Shown: piece after piece, positions 18,460 through 26,972 of the stretch | How the letters are laid out: every line of letters starts with the position of its first letter | Position numbering within the stretch: the stretch's first letter is position 1 | Assembly (NCBI GenBank): GCA_038248575.1 | Contig: JBBRXI010000001.1 | Span: 1 to 40,510, forward strand | Reading direction: 5' to 3' | Length of the DNA: 40,510 nt | Source of the DNA: Burkholderiales bacterium | GTDB taxonomy: Bacteria; Pseudomonadota; Gammaproteobacteria; Burkholderiales; Rhodocyclaceae | The notes under the pieces: model-generated | Databases searched by the model: none | What the model saw: only the letters and a program-made list of their open reading frames with translations | Told to the model about the DNA's origin: nothing | Position numbers and translations under genes: made by a program

Positions 18460-19401
18460 ATGGCATTCGCTTTCGTTTTTCCCGGTCAGGGGTCGCAATC
18501 GGTCGGCATGATGGCCGCTTACGGTGATTCTCCCGTCATTCGCGCCACGTTTGACGAGGCATCGGACACACTGGGCCAGGATCTCTGGCAATTACTGCTC
18601 GATGGCCCAGCCGAAGCGCTGGCGCAAACGGTCAACACGCAGTCGGTGATGCTCACTGCGGCAATCGCCGCCTACCGGCTGTGGTTGGCCAAGGGCGGCC
18701 GGTCGCCGGCGATCGTCGCCGGCCACAGTCTCGGTGAATACTCGGCGCTGGTTGCTGCCGGCGTTATCGAATTTCGCGACGCGGTTCCGCTCGTGCGTCT
18801 GCGCGCCACGGCGATGCAGGAAGCCGTGCCGGTCGGCACCGGGGCAATGGCCGCAATTCTCAATCTTGACGACGACAAAATCCGCGAAGCGTGCGCCGCA
18901 GCAGCGCTCGCCGTCGGCAACGGCGAGGTCGCCGAACTCGTAAACTTCAACGCACCCGGGCAAACCGTCATCGCCGGCAGCAAGGCGGCCATCGAGCACG
19001 CCTGCGAAGGCTGCAAGGCAAAGGGCGCCAAGCGGGCGATACTACTGCCCGTCTCCGCCCCCTTCCATTCGTCGCTGATCAAACCGGCGGCGGAAAAACT
19101 CGCCGCGCGGCTGGCTGAACTCAATTTCGCCGTGCCCCATATCCCGGTCATCAATAACGTCGATGTGGCCGTCGAGTCGGATCCCGCGCGAATAAAGGAT
19201 GCGCTGGTCCGCCAGGCGTTTGCGCCGGTCCGCTGGGTCGAGACCGTGCAGAAAATCGCGGCAATGGGCGTGACGACGATTGCCGAATGCGGTCCGGGCA
19301 AGGTCTTGGCCGGCCTCAGCAAACGCTGCTCCGATGGCGTCAGCGGTCTCGCGCTCGCCGATCTAGCGGCGATCGAAGCTGCCGTTACGACGCTCGAGTA
19401 A
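18460..19401 (+). CDS. fabD: Malonyl CoA-ACP transacylase
   Basis: FPGQGSQ, GHSLGEY, VSAPFHS, ECGPGKVL. Confidence 0.98.
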   Translation: MAFAFVFPGQGSQSVGMMAAYGDSPVIRATFDEASDTLGQDLWQLLLDGPAEALAQTVNTQSVMLTAAIAAYRLWLAKGGRSPAIVAGHSLGEYSALVAAGVIEFRDAVPLVRLRATAMQEAVPVGTGAMAAILNLDDDKIREACAAAALAVGNGEVAELVNFNAPGQTVIAGSKAAIEHACEGCKAKGAKRAILLPVSAPFHSSLIKPAAEKLAARLAELNFAVPHIPVINNVDVAVESDPARIKDALVRQAFAPVRWVETVQKIAAMGVTTIAECGPGKVLAGLSKRCSDGVSGLALADLAAIEAAVTTLE

Positions 19402-19406
19402 ACAAA

Positions 19407-20147
19407 ATGAACAGCGGACAAATTGCGCTGGTCAGCGGCGCTTCGCGCGGCATCGGCCGGGCGATTGCAGCCGAACTGGGCCGGCGTGGCGCGACGGTGA
19501 TCGGAACAGCGACGAGCGAAGAGGGCGCGCGCAACATATCCGCTTATTTTGCCGAGGCCGGCATCGCGGGCGAGGGCGCCGTTCTCGAAGTACGCGATCA
19601 GGCGCAAATCGACGCGCTCGTGGCGCATATCGAGAAAGCGCACGGCACGACGACGATTCTGGTTAACAACGCCGGAATCACGCGCGATAACCTTTCGCTG
19701 CGCATGAAAACCGAAGAGTGGGATGCGGTGCTCGACACCAATCTGTCGGCCGTTTTCCGGCTGTCGAAAGCGGTAATGCGCGGCATGATGAAAGCGCGTC
19801 AGGGTCGCATCATCAACATCACCTCGGTCGTCGGCCATTCGGGTAACGCCGGACAAGCGAACTACTGCGCGGCGAAAGCCGGTGTCGCTGGAATGACTCG
19901 CTCGCTGGCGCGCGAACTGGGCAGTCGCAATATCACCGTCAACTGTGTCGCGCCCGGTCTTATTGACACCGATATGACAAAGGTTCTCGACGAAAAACAG
20001 CGCGAAGCCCTGCTCGCCAGCATTCCGCTCGGTCGCCTTGGTTTGCCGGAGGATATTGCAGCGGCTGTCGGTTTTCTCGCCTCAGCGGGCGCCGCCTACG
20101 TCACCGGTACAACGATCCATGTCAACGGCGGCATGTATCTCGATTAA
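19407..20147 (+). CDS. fabG: 3-oxoacyl-ACP reductase
   Basis: SGASRGIG, NNAGITRD, YCAAK, VAPG, HVNGGM; ATG at 19407. Confidence 0.98.
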   Translation: MNSGQIALVSGASRGIGRAIAAELGRRGATVIGTATSEEGARNISAYFAEAGIAGEGAVLEVRDQAQIDALVAHIEKAHGTTTILVNNAGITRDNLSLRMKTEEWDAVLDTNLSAVFRLSKAVMRGMMKARQGRIINITSVVGHSGNAGQANYCAAKAGVAGMTRSLARELGSRNITVNCVAPGLIDTDMTKVLDEKQREALLASIPLGRLGLPEDIAAAVGFLASAGAAYVTGTTIHVNGGMYLD

Positions 20148-20192
20148 CGCCCGCAAGGGCAGTGCGCAAAACCGACCGACGTGCCGGCTTAT

Positions 20193-20221
20193 TTGGTGAC
20201 AACCGTCCATTTTGGTAGAAT
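20193..20221 (+). promoter_or_regulatory. Probable internal promoter for acpP
   Basis: TTGGTG-17 nt-TAGAAT with an extended -10 (TGgTAGAAT). Confidence 0.55.
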
Positions 20222-20265
20222 AGCGCGTCTTGTTTCACCCTTGAACCTTATGAAGGAGTCCTTTG

Positions 20266-20502
20266 ATGGAAAATATCGAACAGCGCGTCAGGAAAATTGT
20301 CGCTGAACAACTCGGCGTCAATGAAGCGGACATCAAGAACGAATCCTCGTTCGTTGACGACCTTGGCGCGGATTCGTTGGATACGGTTGAGCTGGTGATG
20401 GCGCTCGAAGAAGAATTCGAATGCGAAATCCCGGACGATGAAGCCGAGAAAATCACCAACGTTCAGCAAGCCATCGATTACGTCGTCGGCCACAAAAAGT
20501 AA
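20266..20502 (+). CDS. acpP: Acyl carrier protein
   Basis: [20 protein letters not shown] phosphopantetheine motif; AAGGAG RBS. Confidence 0.99.
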   Translation: MENIEQRVRKIVAEQLGVNEADIKNESSFVDDLGADSLDTVELVMALEEEFECEIPDDEAEKITNVQQAIDYVVGHKK

Positions 20503-20604
20503 GCTCTCCTTCGCGATTCGTCTGCGGGCAGTACGGCTACTCCCGCAGATCTTCCGAATCCCGTTTGATCCATCCACTTTTTCCTGTTTTCCCCGGAGAA
20601 AAAT

Positions 20605-21843
20605 TTGGCACGTCGCAGAGTTGTCATCACCGGCCTCGGAGTTGTTTCTCCGGTCGGAAATACAGTCGAACAAGCTTGGCAGAACGTTCTCGCCGGGCGC
20701 TCCGGCATCGACCGGATCACGCGTTTCGACGTTTCCTCGTTCCCTGTGCAATTTGCCGGTGAGGTGCGGGACTTCGACATCACGCAATACATCCCGGCAA
20801 AAGACGCACGGCGGATGGACCTCTTCATTCACTACGGAATGGCGGCGGGCATCCAGGCGATCAAGGATGCAGGGCTTGAGGCCCATCCGGCGAACGCCGA
20901 GCGGATTGGCGTGTCGATCGGCTCGGGAATTGGCGGCATTCCGCTGATCGAAGCGACACGCGACGATTTCGTCGCGAGCGGCGTGCGCAAGATTTCGCCT
21001 TTCTTTATCCCCGGTTCGATCATCAATATGATCTCCGGCAATCTCTCGATTCTTTATGGTTACAAGGGCCCGAACATTGCACTGGTCAGCGCCTGTTCGA
21101 CCGGCACGCACAGTATCGGCGATGCCGGACGTCTGATCGAATATGGCGATGCCGACATCATGATCGCTGGCGGTTCGGAAGCCTGTGTTTGCGCCTCCGG
21201 GCTGGGCGGCTTCTGTGCTGCGCGCGCGCTGTCGACGCGTAATGACGATCCGAAAACGGCGAGTCGTCCATGGGACAAAGATCGCGACGGTTTCGTCCTG
21301 TCCGAAGGTGCGGCGGTTATGGTGCTTGAAGAGTACGAGCATGCCAAGGCGCGTGGCGCAAGGATTTACGCTGAACTGGCCGGCTTTGGCATGAGCGCCG
21401 ACGCCAATCACATCACCGCGCCGTGCGAGGATGGTGAAGGCGCCGCTCGCTGCATGACCAACGCGCTGCGCAACGCGCAGATCAATATCGACGAAGTCCA
21501 ATACCTCAACGCCCACGGCACGTCGACCCCGCTTGGCGACAAGGCCGAAACAGTCGCCGTCAAGCGCGCCTTTGGCGACCACGCCAAGAAGCTCGTCGTC
21601 AATTCGACAAAATCGATGACCGGGCACCTGCTTGGCGCTGCTGGCGGCATTGAGGCCGTCTTTTCGACGCTGGCCGTCTACCACCAGATATCGCCGCCGA
21701 CGATCAACATCTTCAATCAGGACGAGGCCTGCGATCTCGATTACTGCGCCAATGTGGCGCGCGAGATGAAGATCGACACCGCCCTCTCGAACTCTTTCGG
21801 CTTTGGCGGAACGAACGCGACTGTCGTTCTGAAGCGGATCTAG
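20605..21843 (+). CDS. fabF: 3-oxoacyl-ACP synthase II
   Basis: RRVVITGLG, SACSTG, NAHGTST, KSMTGHLLGAAG, SNSFGFGGTN; TTG start after GGAG. Confidence 0.98.
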   Translation: MARRRVVITGLGVVSPVGNTVEQAWQNVLAGRSGIDRITRFDVSSFPVQFAGEVRDFDITQYIPAKDARRMDLFIHYGMAAGIQAIKDAGLEAHPANAERIGVSIGSGIGGIPLIEATRDDFVASGVRKISPFFIPGSIINMISGNLSILYGYKGPNIALVSACSTGTHSIGDAGRLIEYGDADIMIAGGSEACVCASGLGGFCAARALSTRNDDPKTASRPWDKDRDGFVLSEGAAVMVLEEYEHAKARGARIYAELAGFGMSADANHITAPCEDGEGAARCMTNALRNAQINIDEVQYLNAHGTSTPLGDKAETVAVKRAFGDHAKKLVVNSTKSMTGHLLGAAGGIEAVFSTLAVYHQISPPTINIFNQDEACDLDYCANVAREMKIDTALSNSFGFGGTNATVVLKRI

Positions 21844-21859
21844 GCGATTCCGAGCAGCG

Positions 21860-22300
21860 GTGCGGTTCCCGATTACCATCGAGTTGCACCGCTCGCGTCG
21901 TCTTTCCCTGCTGCTTGCCGTTTTCCACACGCTCGCTGCCGGCTGCGTGCTGGCGCTGCCGTGGCCGTGGTTGATGCGCTCGGGTCTGCTGCTGCTGATT
22001 GGCGTCTCGCTGGTCTACGCGCTGCGCGAGTCCCCAATTCGTGGCTTGTACTTGCGTGCCGGCGACAGCATCGAGGGTTTGCTGGCCGACGGGTCGCGTA
22101 CGAAGCTGGTGATAAAGCCAGACAGCACGGTATTTAGCCGGATGATCGTCTTACGCGTGGGCATCGGCGAAGACAGGGCGATCAGTAATCTCGTTTTGCT
22201 CCCCGATCAGATGTCAGTCGAAGAATTCCGCGTCCTGCGCATCTGGCTGCGCTGGCGCTCGCAGCCTAAGTCCGGCGACGACGCGGGGAGCGCTTCCTGA
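21860..22300 (+). CDS. YgfX-like membrane protein
   Basis: Two N-terminal hydrophobic segments and C-terminal LLPDQM..EEFRVLRIWLRW typical of the YgfX family; convergent with nadB. Confidence 0.65.
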   Translation: MRFPITIELHRSRRLSLLLAVFHTLAAGCVLALPWPWLMRSGLLLLIGVSLVYALRESPIRGLYLRAGDSIEGLLADGSRTKLVIKPDSTVFSRMIVLRVGIGEDRAISNLVLLPDQMSVEEFRVLRIWLRWRSQPKSGDDAGSAS

Positions 22301-23855
22301 GCAGCGTGTTCCTCGCCTTGGGCAGCATTCCTGGGTAGTCGCGGCTAAAGTGCAGGCCGCGGCTCTCGCGGCGTTTCAGGGCGCAACGGACGATCAGGTC
22401 GGCGGTCACCACCAGGTTGCGCAGTTCGATGAGGTCGTGGCTGACCCTGAAATTGCTGTAGAACTCCTCGATTTCCCGGGCCAGCAGGCGCAGGCGGTGC
22501 TGCGCGCGTTGCAGGCGCTTGGTCGTGCGCACGATGCCGACGTAGTCCCACATGAAGCGCCGCAATTCGTCCCAGTTATGCGCGATGACGATCTCTTCGT
22601 CGGGGTCGGATACGCGGCTGGCGTCCCACTCGGGCAGTTCCGGCAGTTCGACCGGCGCTTGCGCGAGAATGTCCTTGACCGCCGCTTCCGCGAACACCAG
22701 GCACTCGAGCAGCGAATTGCTGGCCAGCCGGTTGGCGCCATGCAAACCACTACACGACGCTTCGCCGGCGGCGTAGAGGCCGGGAATACTGGTGCGGGCG
22801 CGCAGGTCGGTGACGATTCCCCCACAGGTGTAATGGGCGGCGGGAACGACCGGGATCGGCTCGCGCGTGATGTCGATGCCAAATTCCAGACAGCGCGCCA
22901 AGATGTTGGGGAAGTGTTCCTTGAGAAAGTCAGCGGGCTTGTGCGAAATATCCAGATAGACGCAGTCGAGCCCGCGTTTTTTCATTTCAAAGTCGATCGC
23001 CCGGGCAACGACGTCGCGCGGCGCGAGTTCGGCCCGCGCGTCGTGCTCGGGCATGAAGCGGGTGCCATCGGGAAGCCGCAACACGCCACCTTCGCCGCGC
23101 ACGGCCTCGGAAATCAGGAAGGATTTGGCTTGCGGATGGTACAGGCAGGTCGGATGGAATTGAATGAACTCCATATTGGCCACCGTACAACCGGCGCGCC
23201 AGGCCATGGCGATACCGTCACCGGTCGAAGTATCCGGGTTGGTTGTGTAGAGATAGACCTTGCCGGCACCGCCCGTCGCTACCAGCGTGTGCGCGGCGCT
23301 GATGGTCAGCACCTCACCGCTGTCGCTCTCGAGCGCATAGGCACCATAACAGCGCCGTTCGTCCAGACCGAGCTTGTCGCCGGTAATCAGATCGATAGCG
23401 ATGTGGCGCTCAAGAATCGTGATATTGCGATTGTCCCGCACCTTGCGCGAGAGCGTGGTCTGTACCGCGAGGCCGGTCGCGTCGGCGACGTGGATGACAC
23501 GCCGGGCACTATGTCCGCCTTCGCGCGTCAGATGGTAGCCGACGACGTCACGAGTAAACGAAACCCCTTGCTCGATAAGCCAGTCGATGGCGCTACGGCC
23601 GTTCTCGATGACAAAGCGCGTTGCCGCGGGGTCATTGAGAAACGCGCCTGCGGTGAGGGTATCGCGAATATGCGCTTCGATCGAATCCTGGCTGTCGAGA
23701 ACCGCCGCAATACCGCCTTGCGCCCAACTCGAGGCACTGTCTGCCAGATCCCGTTTGCTGATCAGCCCCACTTTGCAGCTCGGCGCGAGTCGAAGCGCCG
23801 CCGACTGCCCGGCAAGACCGCTACCAATAATCAGAACGTCGAAATGAAGCGCCAC
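22266..23855 (-). CDS. nadB: L-aspartate oxidase
   Basis: FDVLIIGSGLAG, SSWAQGGI, TREGGHS, QFHPT, LAPRDVVAR, HYTCGG, GLHGANRLASNSLLE, ESRGLH. Start is most likely GTG 23855; the track's longer ORF runs into rpoE. Confidence 0.97.
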   Translation of the reverse strand: MALHFDVLIIGSGLAGQSAALRLAPSCKVGLISKRDLADSASSWAQGGIAAVLDSQDSIEAHIRDTLTAGAFLNDPAATRFVIENGRSAIDWLIEQGVSFTRDVVGYHLTREGGHSARRVIHVADATGLAVQTTLSRKVRDNRNITILERHIAIDLITGDKLGLDERRCYGAYALESDSGEVLTISAAHTLVATGGAGKVYLYTTNPDTSTGDGIAMAWRAGCTVANMEFIQFHPTCLYHPQAKSFLISEAVRGEGGVLRLPDGTRFMPEHDARAELAPRDVVARAIDFEMKKRGLDCVYLDISHKPADFLKEHFPNILARCLEFGIDITREPIPVVPAAHYTCGGIVTDLRARTSIPGLYAAGEASCSGLHGANRLASNSLLECLVFAEAAVKDILAQAPVELPELPEWDASRVSDPDEEIVIAHNWDELRRFMWDYVGIVRTTKRLQRAQHRLRLLAREIEEFYSNFRVSHDLIELRNLVVTADLIVRCALKRRESRGLHFSRDYPGMLPKARNTLLRKRSPRRRRT

Positions 23856-24042
23856 GGTACCTGTCCGGCAACACGAAGCGGCCACTATAGCACGTGCTCG
23901 AAAGCCATTACTCGCGCTAAGGTATGCCGTTGTTCGAACCTTGGGCGGGCAAAAGTTTATGCCGTTCGCTGCGTCGGGCACGACGGTTGCGCTATACTCT
24001 TTTGAAAAGACAAAACCGTGTCCGATAGGGAGCTCATAGAGC

Positions 24043-24642
24043 ATGAACGAACGCGAAATTGACCAGCAGTTGGTCGAGCGCGCGCAGGCAGGCGACAAAA
24101 AGGCTTTCGAGCGGCTGGTCGAGAAGTACCAGCGTAAGCTCGGACGTCTGCTGTCCCGCTTTATACGCGACCACGCCGAGGTCGAAGACGTTGCGCAGGA
24201 AGCGTTCATCAAGGCTTATCGCGCCTTGCCGTCATTTCGCGGGGAGAGCGCGTTTTATACCTGGCTCTATCGGATCGGCATCAATACCGCCAAGAATTAC
24301 CTGGTCGCCAAGGGTCGTCGCGCGCCGACCTCGACCGATTTCGACGCCAATGAAGCGGAAACCTTCGACGACGCGGAGCAGCTGCGCGACATCAATACGC
24401 CGGAGCGCCTGTTGCAGTCCAAGCAGATCGGGCAAACAGTGAATGCGGCGATGGAAGCTTTGCCGGAAGAATTACGCAACGCGATCGTGTTGCGCGAGAT
24501 TGAGGGGCTAAGCTACGAGGAAATCGCCGTGCACATGAACTGCCCGATCGGAACGGTGCGCTCGCGAATCTTCCGTGCGCGCGAGGCGGTGGCCGAGAAG
24601 CTCAGGCCATTGCTCGACACGGCGCCGGATCATCGGTGGTAG
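24043..24642 (+). CDS. rpoE: ECF RNA polymerase sigma factor RpoE (AlgU type)
   Basis: DQQLVERAQ.GD..AF, EDVAQEAFIKAYRAL, FYTWLYRI, GLSYEEIA..MNCPIGTVRSRIFRARE; divergent from nadB. Confidence 0.98.
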   Translation: MNEREIDQQLVERAQAGDKKAFERLVEKYQRKLGRLLSRFIRDHAEVEDVAQEAFIKAYRALPSFRGESAFYTWLYRIGINTAKNYLVAKGRRAPTSTDFDANEAETFDDAEQLRDINTPERLLQSKQIGQTVNAAMEALPEELRNAIVLREIEGLSYEEIAVHMNCPIGTVRSRIFRAREAVAEKLRPLLDTAPDHRW

Positions 24643-24682
24643 TCAGTTTTTGCGTGCAGTTCGTCGTGCCAGGCAGCAATCC

Positions 24683-25129
24683 ATGACGCAAACCCCTGCT
24701 GGCGCGGCGCCAACGATCGATGCCAGCGGAACGATCACGGCGCTTGATCACCCCTACGCCCAGGTCCGCATGGATGAAACAGGCTGCGGCCGCTGCCACC
24801 AAGCGGGAGGTTGCGGCGGCAATACGATGAGCAAGCTGTTCTGCAGTACACCGCGGACTTTTCGCGTGCTGAATCACGGACCATTGGGGGTCGGCGATCG
24901 GGTCACCGTTGTCATTGCTGAAGGCGCTGTCCGGCGCAGCGCAACGCTGGCGTACGGATGTCCGTTGCTCGCGCTGTTCGTCGGCGCGATCGCCGGATCG
25001 CTTCTTGCTGGCGAAATGGGAGCGATGGCCGGCTCGCTCTGTGGTGTGCTTGCCGCATGGGCGGCACTGCATGGCGCTCATCAGCGGCGAGCTGCCGATC
25101 CTCGTTGCGAGCCCTACATCAAATATTGA
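24683..25129 (+). CDS. rseC: RseC/MucC family protein
   Basis: GCGRCHQAGGCG Cys cluster, GDRVTVVIAEG, AYGCPLL followed by two TM segments; upstream of degP. Confidence 0.85.
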   Translation: MTQTPAGAAPTIDASGTITALDHPYAQVRMDETGCGRCHQAGGCGGNTMSKLFCSTPRTFRVLNHGPLGVGDRVTVVIAEGAVRRSATLAYGCPLLALFVGAIAGSLLAGEMGAMAGSLCGVLAAWAALHGAHQRRAADPRCEPYIKY

Positions 25130-25197
25130 TTTCCGTAAGTTTGCCCCGATCTTGCCATCAGGCTGATTGTTCGCTGACCCACAGGAGACTATTTCGC

Positions 25198-26628
25198 ATG
25201 AAGCAGACCGTTACAGCATTTTTTTTCGTGGTTTTCTCTTTTGCGGCACAGGCGCAGAACCGCGGACTTCCCGACTTTACCGAACTCGTTGAAAAACAGG
25301 GTCCGGCTGTCGTCAATATCAGCACGACGCAAGTGGTTCGCGGCCTCGCTCGCGGCGGACAGCAGATGCCGTTTGACGAGGACGACCCGATGGCCGAGTT
25401 CTTCCGGCGCTTCGGCCCCCGGCAGCCTGGCGTGCCCGGTGCGCCCAGCACGCCGCGCGAATTCCAGACGCGCTCGCTCGGCTCGGGTTTCATCGTCAGT
25501 TCGGATGGCTATATCCTGACCAATGCCCACGTCGTCGAGTCGGCCGACGAAATTGTCGTGCGCCTGACCGACAAGAGTGAATTCAAGGCCAAGGCCATCG
25601 GCTCCGACAAGCGAACCGACGTCGCGCTGATCAAGATCGAGGCGACGAATTTGCCCGTCGTGCGCATGGGTGACCCGAACACGCTGAAGGTCGGCGAATG
25701 GGTGGTCGCGATCGGATCGCCCTTTGGCTTCGAAAACAGCGTCACCGCCGGCATCGTCAGCGCCAAGGGGCGCTCCCTGCCGCAGGAAAGCTTCGTTCCT
25801 TTCCTGCAGACTGACGTCGCCGTCAATCCAGGCAACTCGGGCGGCCCGCTGTTCAATATGCGCGGCGAAGTGGTCGGCATCAATTCGCAGATCTACAGCC
25901 GTTCGGGTGGTTTCATGGGCATCTCCTTCGCCATTCCGATCGACGTCGCGATGGACGTTCAGAGCCAGCTGAAGGCAACCGGCAAGGTCAGCAGGGGCCG
26001 CATCGGCGTCGTCATCCAGGAAGTCACCAAGGAACTCGCCGAATCCTTCGGCCTGAGCAAGGCGCAAGGCGCCGCGGTCAATGCCGTCGAGAAGGGCGGG
26101 CCGGCCGAAAAAGCCGGCGTTGAGCCGGGCGACGTCATTCTCAAGTTCGACGGCAAACCGGTCGTCACTTCGAGCGACCTGCCGCGCGTCGTCGGCGCGA
26201 CCAAGCCCGGCGCACGAATCGCCATGCAGGTTTGGCGCAAGGGCGCGACGCGCGATCTGACCGTCGTCGTCGCCGAGATACCTGAGGAAAAATCGATAGC
26301 CCGCAGTGCCAGAGGAACGAAGCCGGCCGAACAGGCGGCCAATCGGCTCGGTCTCGTCGTCTCGGAACTGAGCGCCGAACAAAGACGCGAACTCAAGATT
26401 AACGGTGGTCTTCTCGTCGAAGACGTCCGCGCTAATGCCAGCCGTGCCGATCTGCGCCCCGGCGACATCCTCCTGGCGCTTATTTCGCGCGGCGAGACGA
26501 CCGAGATCAGGAGCGTCGATCAATTCAACAAACTCCTCGCGCCGTTCGACAAGACGGCCAACATCACGCTGCTCGTAAAGCGCGGCGAAATGCAGACCTT
26601 CGTCACGGTCAAAGGGCTTGATCGCTAG
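25198..26628 (+). CDS. Periplasmic serine endoprotease, DegP/DegQ (MucD-like), with two PDZ domains
   Basis: Signal peptide MKQTVTAFFFVVFSFAAQA, LGSGFI, LTNAHV, DVALIK, NPGNSGGPL; AGGAG RBS before ATG 25198. Confidence 0.96.
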   Translation: MKQTVTAFFFVVFSFAAQAQNRGLPDFTELVEKQGPAVVNISTTQVVRGLARGGQQMPFDEDDPMAEFFRRFGPRQPGVPGAPSTPREFQTRSLGSGFIVSSDGYILTNAHVVESADEIVVRLTDKSEFKAKAIGSDKRTDVALIKIEATNLPVVRMGDPNTLKVGEWVVAIGSPFGFENSVTAGIVSAKGRSLPQESFVPFLQTDVAVNPGNSGGPLFNMRGEVVGINSQIYSRSGGFMGISFAIPIDVAMDVQSQLKATGKVSRGRIGVVIQEVTKELAESFGLSKAQGAAVNAVEKGGPAEKAGVEPGDVILKFDGKPVVTSSDLPRVVGATKPGARIAMQVWRKGATRDLTVVVAEIPEEKSIARSARGTKPAEQAANRLGLVVSELSAEQRRELKINGGLLVEDVRANASRADLRPGDILLALISRGETTEIRSVDQFNKLLAPFDKTANITLLVKRGEMQTFVTVKGLDR

Positions 26629-26887
26629 AGCGATTGAGTTGGCGACGCTGACGCTCATCACGCGCGGCTATTGCCATCTCTGTCACGACATGGAGATGGC
26701 GTTGCGCCCCCTGGCCGCAGAGTTGGCCGTCGATGTCAAGGTGGTCGACATCGACGCCGACGCTCACGCCAGCTTGAAGCCGCTCTATGACGAGTTGGTC
26801 CCGGTGCTGCTGCACGAGCGTATCGAACTCTGTCATTACTTTCTTGACGCGGCCAAAGTCCGTGATTACTTAAGGAAAATCCGCTAA
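26618..26887 (+). CDS. Glutaredoxin-like protein (DUF836 type)
   Basis: [12 protein letters not shown] (CxxC), [19 protein letters not shown]; usual position between degP and lepA. Confidence 0.85.
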   Translation: MIARAIELATLTLITRGYCHLCHDMEMALRPLAAELAVDVKVVDIDADAHASLKPLYDELVPVLLHERIELCHYFLDAAKVRDYLRKIR

Positions 26888-26913
26888 AATCGCGGCTTTC
26901 TGGCCAATCGAAC

Positions 26914-26939
26914 AAGGTGCCCGCGGGCACCTTTTTTTT
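26914..26939 (+). terminator. Intrinsic terminator-like hairpin upstream of lepA
   Basis: AAGGTGCC-CGCG-GGCACC followed by 8 T. Confidence 0.7.
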
Positions 26940-26972
26940 CAGGCGCGGCGATGCCGCGACAGCGCACATACG

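Noticed and set aside
20522-20548. Hairpin after acpP as an sRNA or terminator
   Set aside because: No adjacent U-tract; best explained as an ordinary mRNA-stabilising stem giving excess ACP over FabF.
20248-21930. 560-aa ORF antisense to acpP/fabF; similar long antisense ORFs at 22350-24005, 25189-26661, 27915-29039, 30041-31327, 6887-7891, 17504-18466 and 35631-36779
   Set aside because: Shadow ORFs mirroring well-conserved genes in GC-rich DNA; no recognisable motifs or RBS.
23856-24212. N-terminal extension of NadB in the 648-aa track ORF
   Set aside because: It overlaps rpoE and the divergent promoter region; NadB homology begins at GTG 23855.
24575-24682. Upstream extension of RseC as a possible fused anti-sigma remnant
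   Set aside because: It mostly overlaps rpoE in another frame and shows no RseA-like features; ATG 24683 gives a normal-length RseC.
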